Assembly (NCBI GenBank): GCA_951406725.2
Contig: OX597838.1
Span: 5,456,001-5,520,000 of the forward strand
Source of the DNA: Octopus vulgaris
Taxonomy: Eukaryota
Direction: 5' to 3'
Length of the DNA: 64,000 nt
Under the pieces are notes generated by a model. The model did not search any database. It was not told where the DNA came from and was given only the letters and a program-made list of their open reading frames with translations. A program made the translations under genes and the position numbers. Positions 1 through 13,509 of this stretch are shown piece after piece; position 1 is the stretch's first letter, and the number at the start of each line of letters is the position of its first letter.

Positions 1-76
1 CGATGTTTCCAGTTGATTAAATCAAGAGAACAGCCTGCTCCTGAAATTATTGTGCAAGTGACTGAACACCTCACAG
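1..76 (-). mobile_element. SINE family C 3' fragment (degenerate)
   Basis: Similar to the tail region of the copy at 28762-29093. Confidence 0.6.
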
Positions 77-104
77 AAAAAAAAAAACAACAACATTTAT
101 TTAT

Positions 105-529
105 AGACGTAGGAGTGGCTGTGTGGTAAGTAGCTTGCTAACCAACCACATGGTTCTGGGTTCAGTCCCACTGCATGGCATCTTGGGCAAGTGTCTTCTG
201 CTATAGCCCCGGGCCGACCAATGCCTTGTGAGTGGATTTGGTAGACGGAAACTGAAAGAAGCCTGTCGTATATATGTATATATATATATATATTTGTGTG
301 TTGTGTGTGTGTGTGTTGTGTGTGGTATGTGTTTGTCCCCTAGCATCGCTTGATAACCGATGCTGGTTTGTTTACGTCCCCGTAACTTAGCGGTTCGGCA
401 AAAGAGACCGATAGAATAAGTACTGGGCTTACAAAAAAGAATAAGTCCCGGGGTCGTTTTGCTCGACTAAAAAAAGGCGGTGCTCCAGCATGGCCGCAGT
501 CAAATGGCTGAAACAAGTTTAAAAGAGAG
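105..529 (+). mobile_element. SINE family A (tRNA-derived, CORE-like octopus SINE), full length
   Basis: A box TGGCTGTGTGG, B box GGTTCAGTCCC, core CTTGGGCAAGTGTCTT, internal (TA)/(TG) tract, tail GCTCCAGCATGGCCGCAGTC..GAAACAAG. Many copies in the window. Confidence 0.9.
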
Positions 530-741
530 TATTTCTCAGAGATACCCAGCAAGACAGACAATGTAGCAAGATTCTCCCTTTTGGATTACAGTTGCAACTC
601 ACTTTCTCCAGCTGAGCAAACTAGAACAAACATGCACTGAGATATGAACATTGTTTGTTTTAATTTTCATGTGTTTTGCATGCAGGTTTCAGATACAAAC
701 ATCAGTTCCTTTCTATTTTGTATCCCTTTTTCTGTGACTCA

Positions 742-1270
742 TGTAAATATATTTCCATTTATTAACAGGCACAAATCTATATTTTATATCAAAATTCCCA
801 TGTATTAATATTTATATATAAAACTGAAGTTGTGTGGTATCTGTCCCCTTCGATTTAGATTCCTAACTCCTCCCACATTTTGCGGTGCAGTTTAACCAAA
901 ACCGGGTTTATTATTGTCGTGATTCATATCGAGCCCTTCTGGGTATTAGCGCGCATCTACGATGAGTCTACGATTAAAATAAAACTTACCATAAATCTTT
1001 CCCATTTTTAATGCATCTTTGGCATATATAAGGGAAGTAACTCTCTAAAAATTTATTATTAAATCTCAGAACGTAAAAAGCTACAGTAACACCCCCTTTG
1101 TGGTTAGCCATATTGAGATGGCTATTATACTTTACATCTCTAAAAAATGCTTATATAGTTATTTCCCTTACAAACCCGAGCAACGCCGGGCGATACTGCT
1201 AGTGTAAATATATTTCCATTTATTAGCAGGCACAAATCTATATTTTATATCAAAATTCCCTTGTGTTAAT
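742..1270. repeat. 68-bp direct duplication (742-809 and 1203-1270) flanking the Helitron
   Basis: TGTAAATATATTTCCATTTATTA..CAAAATTCCC.TGT.TTAAT is present twice with 3 mismatches. Confidence 0.9.
811..1202 (+). mobile_element. Non-autonomous Helitron
   Basis: 3' end has a GC-rich hairpin CCCG-AGCAACGC-CGGG (1175-1190) followed by CTAG (1199-1202) and then T. The 5' end TTTATATATAAAACTG looks like a degenerate TC-TATATA start. Confidence 0.7.
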
Positions 1271-1319
1271 GTATTATATATTTAAAAAATGCTTTTTATC
1301 TTATCATTTAAAGGTACCG

Positions 1320-1350
1320 ATGGTGGACACAAGAAATCCACCGTTCGATG
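1320..1350 (+). CDS. Short coding exon (exon 1314-1350) of the ZC3H7-like gene; MVDTRNPPFD, phase 1
   Basis: Acceptor tttttatcttatcatttaaAG ends at 1313 and a consensus GTAAGT donor starts at 1351. ATG at 1320 gives 10 codons + 1 nt, which joins in frame (G+TC = Val) to the acceptor at 2035. The 6 nt before the ATG are also in frame, so the exon may be internal. Confidence 0.7.
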
Positions 1351-2035
1351 GTAAGTACATGATTTGATTTTCTGAATGATCGAGAATGTTGACTCTATGA
1401 TGACGGTGATAGTGGTGGTGGGGATCTTATCGGTGGTGACGCTGATAACGATGACAGTGATGATGATCATGATAGTGGTGCTGCTGCTGACAAAAGGCGA
1501 TAATTTTGATGCCGATGATCTTGAATATGAACCTCAAGTAATAGTCAACATGCCACATGGTTCATGGCTGAGTCTCACCATGTAGCACCTTGAGCAGATA
1601 TCGTCTATTTCATGTGTGTTCCTGTGTATGTGTGTGTGTTTTTTGTGATGTTTGGCTTTCTGTTTAAGTTTGTCCCACGCCACCACATTACTAGCCAAAG
1701 TCGCTTCTGCTTGAGACACCATAACTCACCAGATGGGCAATAATTGATCCATAGAAGGAATTACAGCCTCTAATAAGTTGTGGGATCAATTTGCTCAAGT
1801 AAACACTTGAAGCATGGCTGCTGTCCAATGACTGAAGCCAATCAAAGATACCTGATAAATATGAAGTCCATTGTGAAGAAATCTGCCCCATTTCTCTCTC
1901 CCTCTTCATCTCTCTCTCTTTCTACCCATTTAATAAAACTAAAAATTGCATGAAAAATTATTTTTGTAGAAAACTATGACACACATAAGGTTATTGCTAT
2001 GTTATAAGGGACGTGTGTTTTCTTTTATTTTTCAG

Positions 2036-3647
2036 TCAACTGGAATACAAATTATAGCGAAACACTGCGATATTTGTATAGTCATTCAAATTCGTGCAAC
2101 GAGACGACTAAAGCTGACACCAATAATCCAAATGGCGATGATTATCACCCTTTAATAAATACACATGCATATGCATTATTTTGTCAATTATGTTTCCCTG
2201 TGGCAATCGATAATTCTTTCGAGGTGCACAGATGTGAACGTGATATTCTGGTGTTTGTTGAGAGAGGTACCCCATTCTGGCATCGTGTACGTGAATCTAT
2301 CACAGAATGCAGCTCATTCAAAATACCAGAACTTTGCAGAATACCTCCTAATGAACACATTGTGGAAGACAGATGTATATTTGCTCACAACCTACTAGAG
2401 ATTAAACTTTGGCGGCAAGAATTCCAAGGCAACTTCAACGTTCGAGATTTCATCAAATTTCAGAGAACAACAAGATGTGATGTAAACTATATCATGTCCA
2501 CATATGGGCACCACTTTGAATTTATCTGCAAAAGCTGTTTACGAGAAGGAGAAATATCTAAAGAATGCTCCGATGATCCTAATCATTGTAACGGTTCGAT
2601 TCCTCATACTTGGGAAACGTCAAAGGTCTTACGGTATGTTACACAATCGGGAGAGTTCATAATTAGGAAACCGTTTGACCTGCAGAAAAATATTATTTAC
2701 CTACCTTGTGAATCAAGTTCATCCTGCGAGACGGACTCATGCATCTATGCTCACAATGAAGTCGAAAAAGACATATGGAGATTAGAAAGGGACCAGGGAA
2801 TTACGCAGGAAAGATTGGTCGTATTTTCCAGGGCTTTGGAAATAAACGCAGCAATTAGGAAAAGGAACAGTGAACAGCCAGCTAGGTTTAATAATAGAAC
2901 AGATAGCAATGAACAAAACAGTGAACAAAACCAGGCAGTAAATTCAGCCAACGTCCGACTAGGCGATAACCAAGGAAATCATACAAAGACAGCCATGTTA
3001 GGATCTATGGATGCATCCTACCATAGAGAAAGTATTGAGGCTGCTGTTGATTTTCATAATGCTTCCTTATATTCATCATTTGGAAATGGACAAAATTTGC
3101 CGTTTGATATGCTGTCACCATATGTGTATATTCGAAAACCGCTCGTTTCCGGAGAAGATGGAGCAACTGGGGGTGAAAGAAATGGAGATGTAGGTGCTGG
3201 CGATTATCCAGAAGAAAACAATTGGGATAATGGAAATTTTCATGGAACTTTTGTGGTACCGTTTTCAATGGTGTCTCGCATAGTTTCCCCTTCTGTAGAA
3301 AATAGAGAGATCGATCAGAATTGCATGGTTCCTAGAGAGATGTCACCTAGAGGGGCTTCGGCTGCAGCATCATCATCCAATGCTGAACTGAACGATACAT
3401 CCATCAATAATAATAATGGTATTCTTCCTTATCCTTATATCGGGAGCTTACCTACGGTAGAATATCCACGTTCTTTTGATGACTGCATACCATCTATATA
3501 TGAGAGATATCAGCTTAGTCTACACGCGGAAGCTGAAGAATTACGGTCATCTTTGAGAGAAACACCACAGGATGAGGAAGACGTCGGTTCCCTAACTGAT
3601 GTCTCAAGTTTAAGTGAAACAGAAGAATTCACGGACATGACTGGCAA
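2036..3647 (+). CDS. Main coding exon of a CCCH zinc-finger protein resembling the zinc-finger region of ZC3H7A/B (RoXaN-like), with an acidic low-complexity C-terminus
   Basis: The only long non-repetitive ORF (2074-3651). Strong acceptor tttcttttatttttcAG at 2035, with an in-frame stop upstream at 2005. Motifs HPLINTH..FCQLCF, HRCERDIL, CIFAHNLLEIKLW, FICKSCL and C-x5-C-x4-C-x3-H (CESSSSCETDSCIYAHNEVEKDIW) occur in the same order as in the ZC3H7 central region as I recall it. Confidence 0.85.
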
Positions 3648-3736
3648 GTAAGTAATATTGTCATATATTATTCGTTTATTGTGGCACATTGAATTTCGTC
3701 ATCGAACTTAAATGGCTTGCTAAGACGTGAAACTTC

Positions 3737-3737
3737 C

Positions 3738-3835
<98 letters not shown>

Positions 3836-3895
3836 TATTATCTATCTACTACTTCTCTCTCTCTCTCTCTCTCTCTCGATCTGTATATCTATCTT

Positions 3896-3971
<76 letters not shown>

Positions 3972-3976
3972 CCTAG

Positions 3977-4012
<36 letters not shown>

Positions 4013-4020
4013 TAACCTAC

Positions 4021-4068
<48 letters not shown>

Positions 4069-4079
4069 TTATCTATCTA
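3737..4079 (+). repeat. (TATC)n microsatellite with (CT)n interruption, in the predicted last intron
   Basis: Directly visible. Confidence 0.95.
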
Positions 4080-4240
4080 TAAGGTTCTGCATATGCTTGC
4101 TGTTCCATATTTAAGTTTGTGTCAACATAGTAGTTGAACAGCTTACCATACCTTGGCTGATTTCGATCCCATTTTATACTCATTTTTGTACTTGTAACAC
4201 TCGCTTCTTCTTTCTCTAATATTCTCATTGTTTTTAACAG

Positions 4241-4259
4241 ACTGAACATCAAGGAATGA
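4241..4259 (+). CDS. Probable terminal coding exon (K-LNIKE-stop) of the ZC3H7-like gene
   Basis: Donor AA|GTAAGT at 3648 overlaps the ORF stop. A branch-like ctctaat (~4214-4220), a pyrimidine tract and AG at 4239-4240 follow. The phase-2 join reads K L N I K E TGA. Confidence 0.55.
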
Positions 4260-4408
4260 CTGGTGGCAAAGACGACGCATTTCTGCAACAGCACATATAA
4301 TACCATTCTCATGTGTATGTATGATTTGTATTCATAACATCCAAAATTCAACGCTTTACGTTTGTATTAAAAATATGTTTTTGTTCACAATATTTAAGTA
4401 TTGATATA

Positions 4409-4635
4409 TATGTATGTATGTATGTATGTTTGTATGTATGTATGTATGTATGTATGTTTGTATGCATGCATGCATGTATGTATGCATCCATGCATGTATG
4501 TATGTATGTATGTATGTATGCATGTATGTATGTATGTATGTATGTATGTATGTATGTATGTATGTATGTATGTATGTATGTATGTATGTATGTATGCATG
4601 TATGTATGTATGTATGCATGTATGTATGTATGTGT
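4409..4635 (+). repeat. (TATG)n microsatellite
   Basis: Directly visible. Confidence 0.95.
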
Positions 4636-4677
4636 ATAGGTGTATGGGTGTGTGAGCTAAATATTGCATACAGATTA

Positions 4678-4776
4678 AATAAAAGGATTATACAAAGGAA
4701 TATACTTTCTAGTTAGATTCATTAATATATTCATATCTATTAATAAGCATGTTAAGAAATGAAATAACGCAATAAA
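4678..4776 (+). promoter_or_regulatory. Candidate polyadenylation signals (AATAAA at 4678 and 4771)
   Basis: Hexamers downstream of the stop codon; weak evidence in AT-rich DNA. Confidence 0.25.
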
Positions 4777-5416
4777 ATAAGCATACTTAGAAATATAACT
4801 GATAACTGTGTAATGGTTTCTAGCTCACCCTCTGTTACCTTTAATAATTTATCCAGGGATATAAATATAGGGAGACAATTCGAAGGTTAGATGTCAGAAG
4901 GATTTTGTTAAATGTAATCACTTGTTGCATGTAATGGGACAAATACAGTGTTCGGGTTTCCTACTGAATTTACGAAAAAGAGTCCATCCAAATGGTTGTA
5001 CATTTTCTACTTCTCAGATTCAGGTTTACAGCAATGAAATATTTCTCTTAATTATCAATTCAGTATGTTTATCATCTTTTATATTTCAGATAACTGACCT
5101 GTTGACAACACATATTTATAAAGAAGAATGCGACATCTCCGCCATATTTCACTGCATATTATTTTAAGACTTGCATTTAACATTCTCAAATTTTTACTCT
5201 TCATATTTATTTCTCACCTATATTAGTCTTCTGCTTATATCAGAAGCCTGAATGAGATATAAATTAAGTTCTTGCATTCCACCAATCTGATGCGGCATCG
5301 ATCGAAACTCAGATCGGGCTTACAATAAATGCAAGCTGTATATAATAATATATTGAAACTGAGTCAAGTGCTGCACACAACCTCAAACTGAGCAGGACCT
5401 GGCATGTGGACTACAA

Positions 5417-5430
5417 GTTTGACACCCCTG
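5417..5430. mobile_element. Solitary hAT-like terminal inverted repeat end
   Basis: GTTTGACACCCCTG is the reverse complement of CAGGGGTGTCAAAC, a typical hAT terminus; no partner end found. Confidence 0.35.
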
Positions 5431-7124
5431 GTTTATATTTTCCTCTTGTACTTATATATTTTCTAATCTTTTAAAAATAAAGTTTTAAAAAATAAATTAA
5501 AAAAAAATATCGGAGTGTGCTGTTGTTATTTAAACTATTATATTTTATTGTGCATATCTACATATATGCTTAGCTTACATGCCCCCCCCCAACATCCATG
5601 TCACTCACTATCAAATTGTGGATTTCTTCCAGTAAAGGGAACTAAATCGAATGTGTAACAATTGTAACGCAAGAATATTTGCTTGGTTACTCAGACCAAC
5701 AGAAAACAACGTTAAAGATTTTATTTTGTAAAAGGAAAAAACACTAAAGATTAAGAAATAAATATAAAAGATATTCAAAGTTGTCTGCATAGAATTTCTC
5801 TCCTCCACGTCGGTATATTTCCTGCCAGTCGAAAACCATATATTTTTTACTGAATGTGGGCGGTAACAAAACTGAATGAGAGAGTTAACAAAACCAAATT
5901 TTAGGATGAAATAACACCGCAGGTGAAATATTACATAGAAAGGTAAATATCAAAATGCCTAAATGTTTAATTACTCCCTCATATTTCGAGTTAAAAACCC
6001 CTTTCCAATGGCTTGAAAAAAAACCTCTGCATATCAAGTTTCAAAATGTGATATTCAATCTTCTGAAGACATTTTATGAATTCTCTAGTTTATCTGCATT
6101 GAGAACACTTTCCATTGTCCATAGATGTCTCTGTCTTTTTGGAAAAACAGCAAAATACCATGAACTCACTACTTTGTTATGAATAAAAATAGAGCTAGTA
6201 CACTTTGCAAAATTAGTAAAATGAAATGGAATGAGCAAAGGGAAATAACTCAGATGTGTCATCATAGCGATAACGAAATTCTGGGAGGATGTCATGATTC
6301 TTTCATTATTTCTTTACTAATTGATAGCAAGTGTCATTGATATGGATAAAGAGAGAAGCTAACCGAATCGTTAAAACATCTGATTATACGAAATTAAGCC
6401 CCGATTTATTTGCCCATACCTTTTTTTACATTGTACTTTCAAATTCCTCTGATATTCCATTTGCTTTTCATCCCCGCGGGCTCAATATGATGATGCACCT
6501 GTCAAGTTTCGATGACTATCGACTAACACCCTCTGTTTCCAGATGCTGGTTTTCTGCTTAAATTAAGAGCAATTATTTTAATAATGACTGAACTTCATAG
6601 AAGGCTTTGCTAACTAATTTTGCATCACTTCACAATTTCATCAAAATCTCTCCAGTTACACCTTCCATCGTTCGACACAAACATCAATAAAAATAAAGTA
6701 GCTGCTCTCTTTCAACTACACCTCACACTTCAAACATTTATTTATTATTTTTTTATTTGCATCCACTCGTACTCTAATGAGTGCCGGAAAACACCAGCCT
6801 TCCAAAAATGTATTTGGCTGCCATTGCAGAAAAGATTGGATTATTTTGGATAATCATTTTCTAACCGTTTTCACAATCTCAGTAGCAAAAGTTACAGTGC
6901 GCATCATAAAACATTAGTCATATGAATTTAATCAACAAACGAGTAAAACGACATCATTCTCCCCTCATCCTAAATTTTCACGCAGCAAAAATCATTATAA
7001 GAACCTATCCTGTTTAATTTTACGATATTTTCATTTCTCTCGAAATAGTCATTCTTTTATAACTATATCGTTATTCAAACATAATAGCATTTACCTTTTT
7101 TCCTTGCACATATTTCTGTCTATG

Positions 7125-7447
7125 TTGGGGTAGAGGCCTGGCTGTATGGTGAGAAGTTTGCTTCTAAACAAGGTGGATTTGCTATCAGTTCCACTGTATT
7201 GCATCTTAGGCAAATGTTTCTACTATAGCCTAGGGACGACCAATGCTTTCTGAGTGGATATGGAAACTTAAAACATCCTCTCATACATGCATCATTCCAT
7301 ATATCTATGTATGTGTCTTTCCATTCCTCTCCTCCCATCCTTTAGCATTAAGTGCTAGTTTGATTTTGACCCATAATGTAGAATTTTTGGTGGTACGGTA
7401 CCCTTGTATGGCCGAAGTGCAATGGCTGAAACAGGTAAGAGGTTAAA
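7125..7447 (+). mobile_element. SINE family A, degenerate
   Basis: Head, core and tail motifs are recognisable but diverged. Confidence 0.75.
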
Positions 7448-9208
7448 GAAAAATTTAGCTGTTAAAATGAACGATATATCCAGTAATTTAAGTTACAGCT
7501 CAACCGAATACACATTAATCCATAGCACATACAGCGAGGAAAGTAGAAATTAACCATTGAAATAAGAGGTCGTAAGTGGCATCTTTCTGTAGGGGAAGAC
7601 TGGATTCTGAACCTGACAAACCTGTTGACAATACACAAGCGTTTCCAGCATTGCAATATATTTAGAACATCTTGCAAAACCTCTGAAGAGCGCCTGGAGA
7701 TTTTACTTGGAACAAATCATCTCTAATGTTCATTTCACCTTAATTTCACTTAAACTTTTAACCAGAATGTTTAAAAGATATCATCTACGCGTTAATCATT
7801 ACTTTAATGATAACCATATCTTTTTTTCCATTCTCCCCACTAAATTTTATATAAGTTTTATTATTTTAAATTTACGTGACAACTAAAATGTTTGAACTAG
7901 CAAATACTTTTTGTAGAAATGTGCTCCCCATCAACAAGGATTTCATAAATGTGTTTTCTAAACTGAGTGGTGACAGCTTTATAAATACGTTTTCATATTA
8001 ATGAATTGGATTGTCAACACCATTACAACATCGGAGAAAATACCTCGCGTGACAAAATAGTATGCTAGTTCTCATTCTGAATTTGTATTCTGCTGAGTTC
8101 AAACTTCCATTTCTCCGATCAGTGTTTATAGAATAAGAAGTCCATAATACCCAATAGTTGTCTGTTATCCACATTGGACAATATAAGAAATTATTACTAG
8201 TTAGTCTCTTGGCATAACCATTACGAGTACAACGTCAAACAATAATGCTTGTTCCAACTCTTTAGGTTCTGAATTTAAGTATACAACAGAGAACTTGACA
8301 TTTTCGTAATCGATTAAATATAGCAATATTGAAGGATTGAGCTGATTTAATCGACTAAACTAGTTATGTCTTTGCATATATGTCGACTAAACTATGTTAT
8401 AAATTGCTAATAGGGAATCGTACGTCATTCATTTATTACAAAATGGTCCCCATCTTCTTCCTGTTGTTAATCTGGGATTGTATAAGGCACATGCCCAACT
8501 GTATTTGTGTAAGTAGGTAGGGTGCATGTAAAGCTGTGTTTGTGTGCATGAGCACTCGTGTGTATGTGCAACTGCTTGCATCAAGGTATGTAATGGAAAA
8601 TATAGTGGTTGGCGTATTTACATAAGTATGTGCCCACCTACATGCAAATATATATATATGTAATTACCATATCTTATTAGCCGTTATGTTTGTGTGGGGG
8701 AAATTCCTCAGGAGACGTTATAGTGACTTCGAGACGGCTGGGTGTGAATGAAAGAAGGGATTCTCAAAATGAAGGTCATGACCCGAGTGCTTTCAAAAGA
8801 ATGGACTCCACTAAAGGTACCAGACAGTGGTGAAAACAACTGAGCAACTGGTTAGGACTACCCATTTTGTGGACCATGGTAAGAATAAAAGTAGTTGACA
8901 AAATTGCCTGACTAAAAGAATGTAAGGCAATCAGTTTTAAATATCCTCATAGTTTAGCCTACTAGACCCTTAGAATATAGATTTTGGAGGGAAAAATGTA
9001 AAGAGGTTTTCACCGAGTTTTGAACTAAGAGCACAGAGAATCGGAATCAAATAGAGTGAATCATTCTGACCGATTGCACAGGCGCTCCTTCCTCAATCTC
9101 TGTCTTTGTCTGCCTGTCTGTTTCTCGATATAAATATATATATATATATCGATAACACGTATATATATATATATATATATATATAAATCGATATATATAT
9201 TATATCTG

Positions 9209-9239
<31 letters not shown>

Positions 9240-9344
9240 ATATATGCATATATACATACAGACAGACACATATACAAGCACCTAACACACGCGCACACAC
9301 ACAAGCACATACACACGTACACATACATACATATACATTGATAC

Positions 9345-9391
<47 letters not shown>

Positions 9392-10089
9392 TGTATGTAT
9401 GTATGTATGTATATTTGCGTTTGTGTATACATATATGCATTGTAGTAGCGTATATACATACGCATCCATAGCTTCAATTTTCTTTTCGAAAATAATAATT
9501 AATATTAATATTTTTATTTCATAAATTCTTTTCACAAAATATCACTGCAGGTGGTGTTTTCTCATCCGGAAGTAACAATTGAAAAATACGAATAAATATT
9601 CAGTTATCGATACCAATAAGAGATTTCTGAACCTGTACTAGGTTGCCAGTGTTAAATGCTGAGTAAAACTTTAATTTAATTTAATGTTTTCCGTTTAGAG
9701 TTTAATGTTCCTCTTACAAATTTTCATGGGGTGCTTTTCATTTTTTCGAATCAATCAAAATATAATGCTTTTGCATACTTATCGATCTGTGGTAGATGAA
9801 GTGGTGAATTAACGATGGTACAAGAAGCAATCTTAGGATGGATTTATCGGACCATTATCTTTAATGATAATGCAAACAGAATAGGCATGAAAATAATCAG
9901 TTGAGCGATTGAGAAGATATTCGTTGTATTTTGTTATAACGTTTTCAAAAGCCAGTTCCATTATCCTTCCTTAGGTTTTACTTTTGAGATTCAAATGTTT
10001 GAATGTTGATCATGAAGTTTTGCTTCGATCTATCGTATTTTGGTTATTTGATTGAAAGACAAAATTCATAATTCATATAGTTGCTAGCG

Positions 10090-10608
<519 letters not shown>

Positions 10609-11899
10609 ATGTGTGTGTTTGTATGTATGTATAGGGAGAGAGAGAGAGAGAGAAAGAAAGAGAGTCATACTTATATACATACACATAACTTTCATGTTGT
10701 TTCTTCTTCTGTTGGAAAATACAAATTATGATTCTGTGTACAATCACACTTGAATTTAATTATGAAGAATGAAACACTAGAGAAGATATTGGTAGGCATT
10801 ATTTGGTAAATGCAAATTTTTCCTAAACGAGGCGCTGATGTGAGCTGAAAATTTCTAGCATCGGTGTTGGCGATATGTTTGCTATGGAAATCTTAGGAGG
10901 TTCTCGTGTGCTCCTGGAATCTGTATCTTGCACTATATTCTCTTCTCGAAAGACTAATTTACATTCTTGAATTCTGATTGGTAGAGATGTATGACCTACA
11001 TCCGGCAGCTGAATTTATATTGCTAATGAAATATATTTCAAATAAGGTTTGCATATTTTGCATTCATCATGTTTTCTTGTATTTCGTTCATACAAAATCA
11101 AAATTAACGTTATATTTTATATTGGTTTTCAAGATGTGACAAAGAGAATTATATAGATAAACAGAAGCTGGTTAGGTGAGCGGTGTTCATTCTATGTTGA
11201 TGAAAAGTAAAGAAAATATATTAGTATTATACCGGTAAGAATGTAGGCCGTCCAAAGACGAGATCTCTAATAATACCTTCAGCTACCTTGGTTTCAAATC
11301 CATCCTACTCTTTTGTTACAATGTCAATGCATTTCAAGGACTGCGGGCTACCACCTTTAAGGCATAAACAATTATTTTCCGTTTACTCGGTAATCTTCAG
11401 GTGGCATATATACACGGGACCTGAGCGAGTAGCATTTATGGTTTCTGTGACGGATAACTATACCCTAGATTGTCTTCTAATCATGTGCGAGCCAGCCTGT
11501 GCCTGTTAATATTGTTTATATCTAGAACAACGGTTGAGTGACATCAGTATATGTTCACAAACGTGTGATCCTGGACGCCTATTCTTGGGCCCACTGTTGC
11601 TCGGAGGTGCCTTATATTTAACCTACTTCAAGGTACCCATTTATAAAAGATAGTCACAACTTGGTACTGCAAGATATTTGTAGGCAGAGATTATCTTCCT
11701 TGCAAAGGGATCGTGCTGGTGGGAGGAACTGAAAACAGACAGTAGCATGCACCAACTAAAAACGCTTATACCTTGATAACCATGCATAGATGCCCCATAA
11801 TTACTCTGCCTACAAGCACAAATACACGCAGACGGAAAACTGTGACATGATATATTTCAACGATAATTTCTTGTCAATAATGGTAAGGGACAGACACCG

Positions 11900-12105
11900 A
11901 ACTGGCAGAAACTTTCGCATAGCTGGCAAAACGCTTGGCAGCTTTTAGTCTGTTTTTACTTTCTCACTTCAAATTCCATTGAGATGGCCACTGCCTTCCA
12001 TCCTTTCGGGGTTGATAGAAATTAGTACCAGTTGAGTACTTGTGTCGATGTAATCGGCTAAACCTTTCTCCGAATCTGCTGGTCTTGTGTCAAAATATGG
12101 AACAA
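11900..12105 (+). mobile_element. SINE family B, older subfamily
   Basis: CTGGCAGAAAC head, GCCTTCCATCCTTTCGGGGTTGATA domain, GTCGATGTAATCG. Confidence 0.7.
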
Positions 12106-12845
12106 ATAGTGGTAACGAAAACAGCTCGGAAATCGACATTAAGTTTCATTACGGAGTTAGCATGATCTTTGATAAGTAAGGTGACATCTATAGATATATT
12201 TAGATATTAGCGCATCGTACCAGTACTTGTTAGATACTAGATAACTTGGTGATATCATCGTCATCAGTGAAGAAACTTTGACCAAGGTGACGAGAATCAG
12301 TTTTATTCTCCAGGATACGATTTCGAGAGGTTTTCATATCTTACCACATTGATATATTGTATGTAAACTCATGTCTATACATGTAGGTTAAAAAAATATG
12401 AAACGTCGTAATCAGTTTTGACACGTATTGACGCCTCATTGCTGATCTCTGCATCACTGACCAATCAAAGAGCATTAAACAGTCGAACTATTTATATATT
12501 CTGCAAATCAAATAGCTAAGGAGAACTAGGGCTACTAATTTGTATCCCATCTGCTCTGAACATTATCATGAATAAAGGCTTCTTAATATCGCCATATCCT
12601 CTAACGAAACATTTACTATCTCTCGTGGCTAATTAACTCTTAAACGGCGGACATAATCAATTGATGTTTGATGAGAGAACAGTGGACATTATCATTTGAT
12701 GGTTGAAAACGTTTGTATGGTTACGGCCAGCATTAAAGGGAAGCGAATATTTTACAGCACAATTCAATAGTGAAATTGTAAATTTAATCGCGCCAGAGAC
12801 TAACAAGTATTGTCCTTTTCATTCTCATGTAAGGTGAAAAGAAGA

Positions 12846-12882
<37 letters not shown>

Positions 12883-12943
12883 TCCCGGGTTGATACGGGG
12901 TTAACCACAGTAAGTAAGGTACTCAATACATAGCAGAGTAAAA

Positions 12944-13053
12944 TTAATTTATTATATAGAAGGAGTTCTACAGGACTAGTACTGTTTCCTGAAGATTTCT
13001 CTTGAATGAAACAGTACTAGTCCTGTAGAAGCTCCTTCTATATAATAAATTAA
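12944..13053 (+). ncRNA. Long hairpin whose loop and 3' arm carry a hammerhead-like core (5' stem I lost)
   Basis: Arms 12944-12988 and 13008-13053. CTGAAGA (12989), T-TTC-TCTT-GAA-T, GAAAC (13008), AGTACT palindrome. Confidence 0.5.
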
Positions 13054-13054
13054 A

Positions 13055-13089
<35 letters not shown>

Positions 13090-13125
13090 CTGTAAATATA
13101 ATATGTAACAATTATTCGGTAGCCA

Positions 13126-13188
13126 AGATAAAACTCTGAGTTTCGGATGCCGAGTTGGAAATCCACAACACCATCTCTTCGGTTATCT
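13126..13188 (-). ncRNA. Type I hammerhead ribozyme motif, CCGAAGA variant
   Basis: Minus strand reads AGAUAA-CCGAAGA-GAUG...CAUC-C-GAAAC-UCAGA-GUU^UUAUCU, with a 6-bp stem I. Confidence 0.6.
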
Positions 13189-13401
13189 GACCATCTGAAA
13201 AACGTTTTGTACAATACGGGTGAAAGCTCAATAATTTTCTGTGTCTACTATAGCTTCAGGCCAACTAAAACCTTGTGAATCAATTCAGTAAAGGAAAAGC
13301 GAAAGAAGCCAAACATCTATGTGTGTGTATGCATGTCTGCACGTGTGTATATATGTATGTAAATGCGTCTATGTGTAAGTATACATACATACATATATAT
13401 C

Positions 13402-13453
13402 GGCCAAAGCCTTGTGAGTGCATTTGGTAGACGGAAACTGAAAGAAGCCGGTC

Positions 13454-13509
<56 letters not shown>

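Noticed and set aside
1376-1585. Hydrophobic 69-aa ORF resembling a membrane peptide
   Set aside because: Degenerate (GAT/GGT)n repeat inside the predicted intron.
2074-2076. ORF-track start of the 525-aa ORF
   Set aside because: It is a TTG codon; the frame is open from the splice acceptor at 2035, so the true start is in an upstream exon.
5288-5318. CTGATGC...GAAAC hammerhead-like string (similar weak ones at 8707-8742 and 11373-11405)
   Set aside because: Core mismatches and no convincing stem I/II pairing.
5840-7100. Possible non-autonomous DNA transposon interior
   Set aside because: No TIRs, TSD or transposase motif could be identified.
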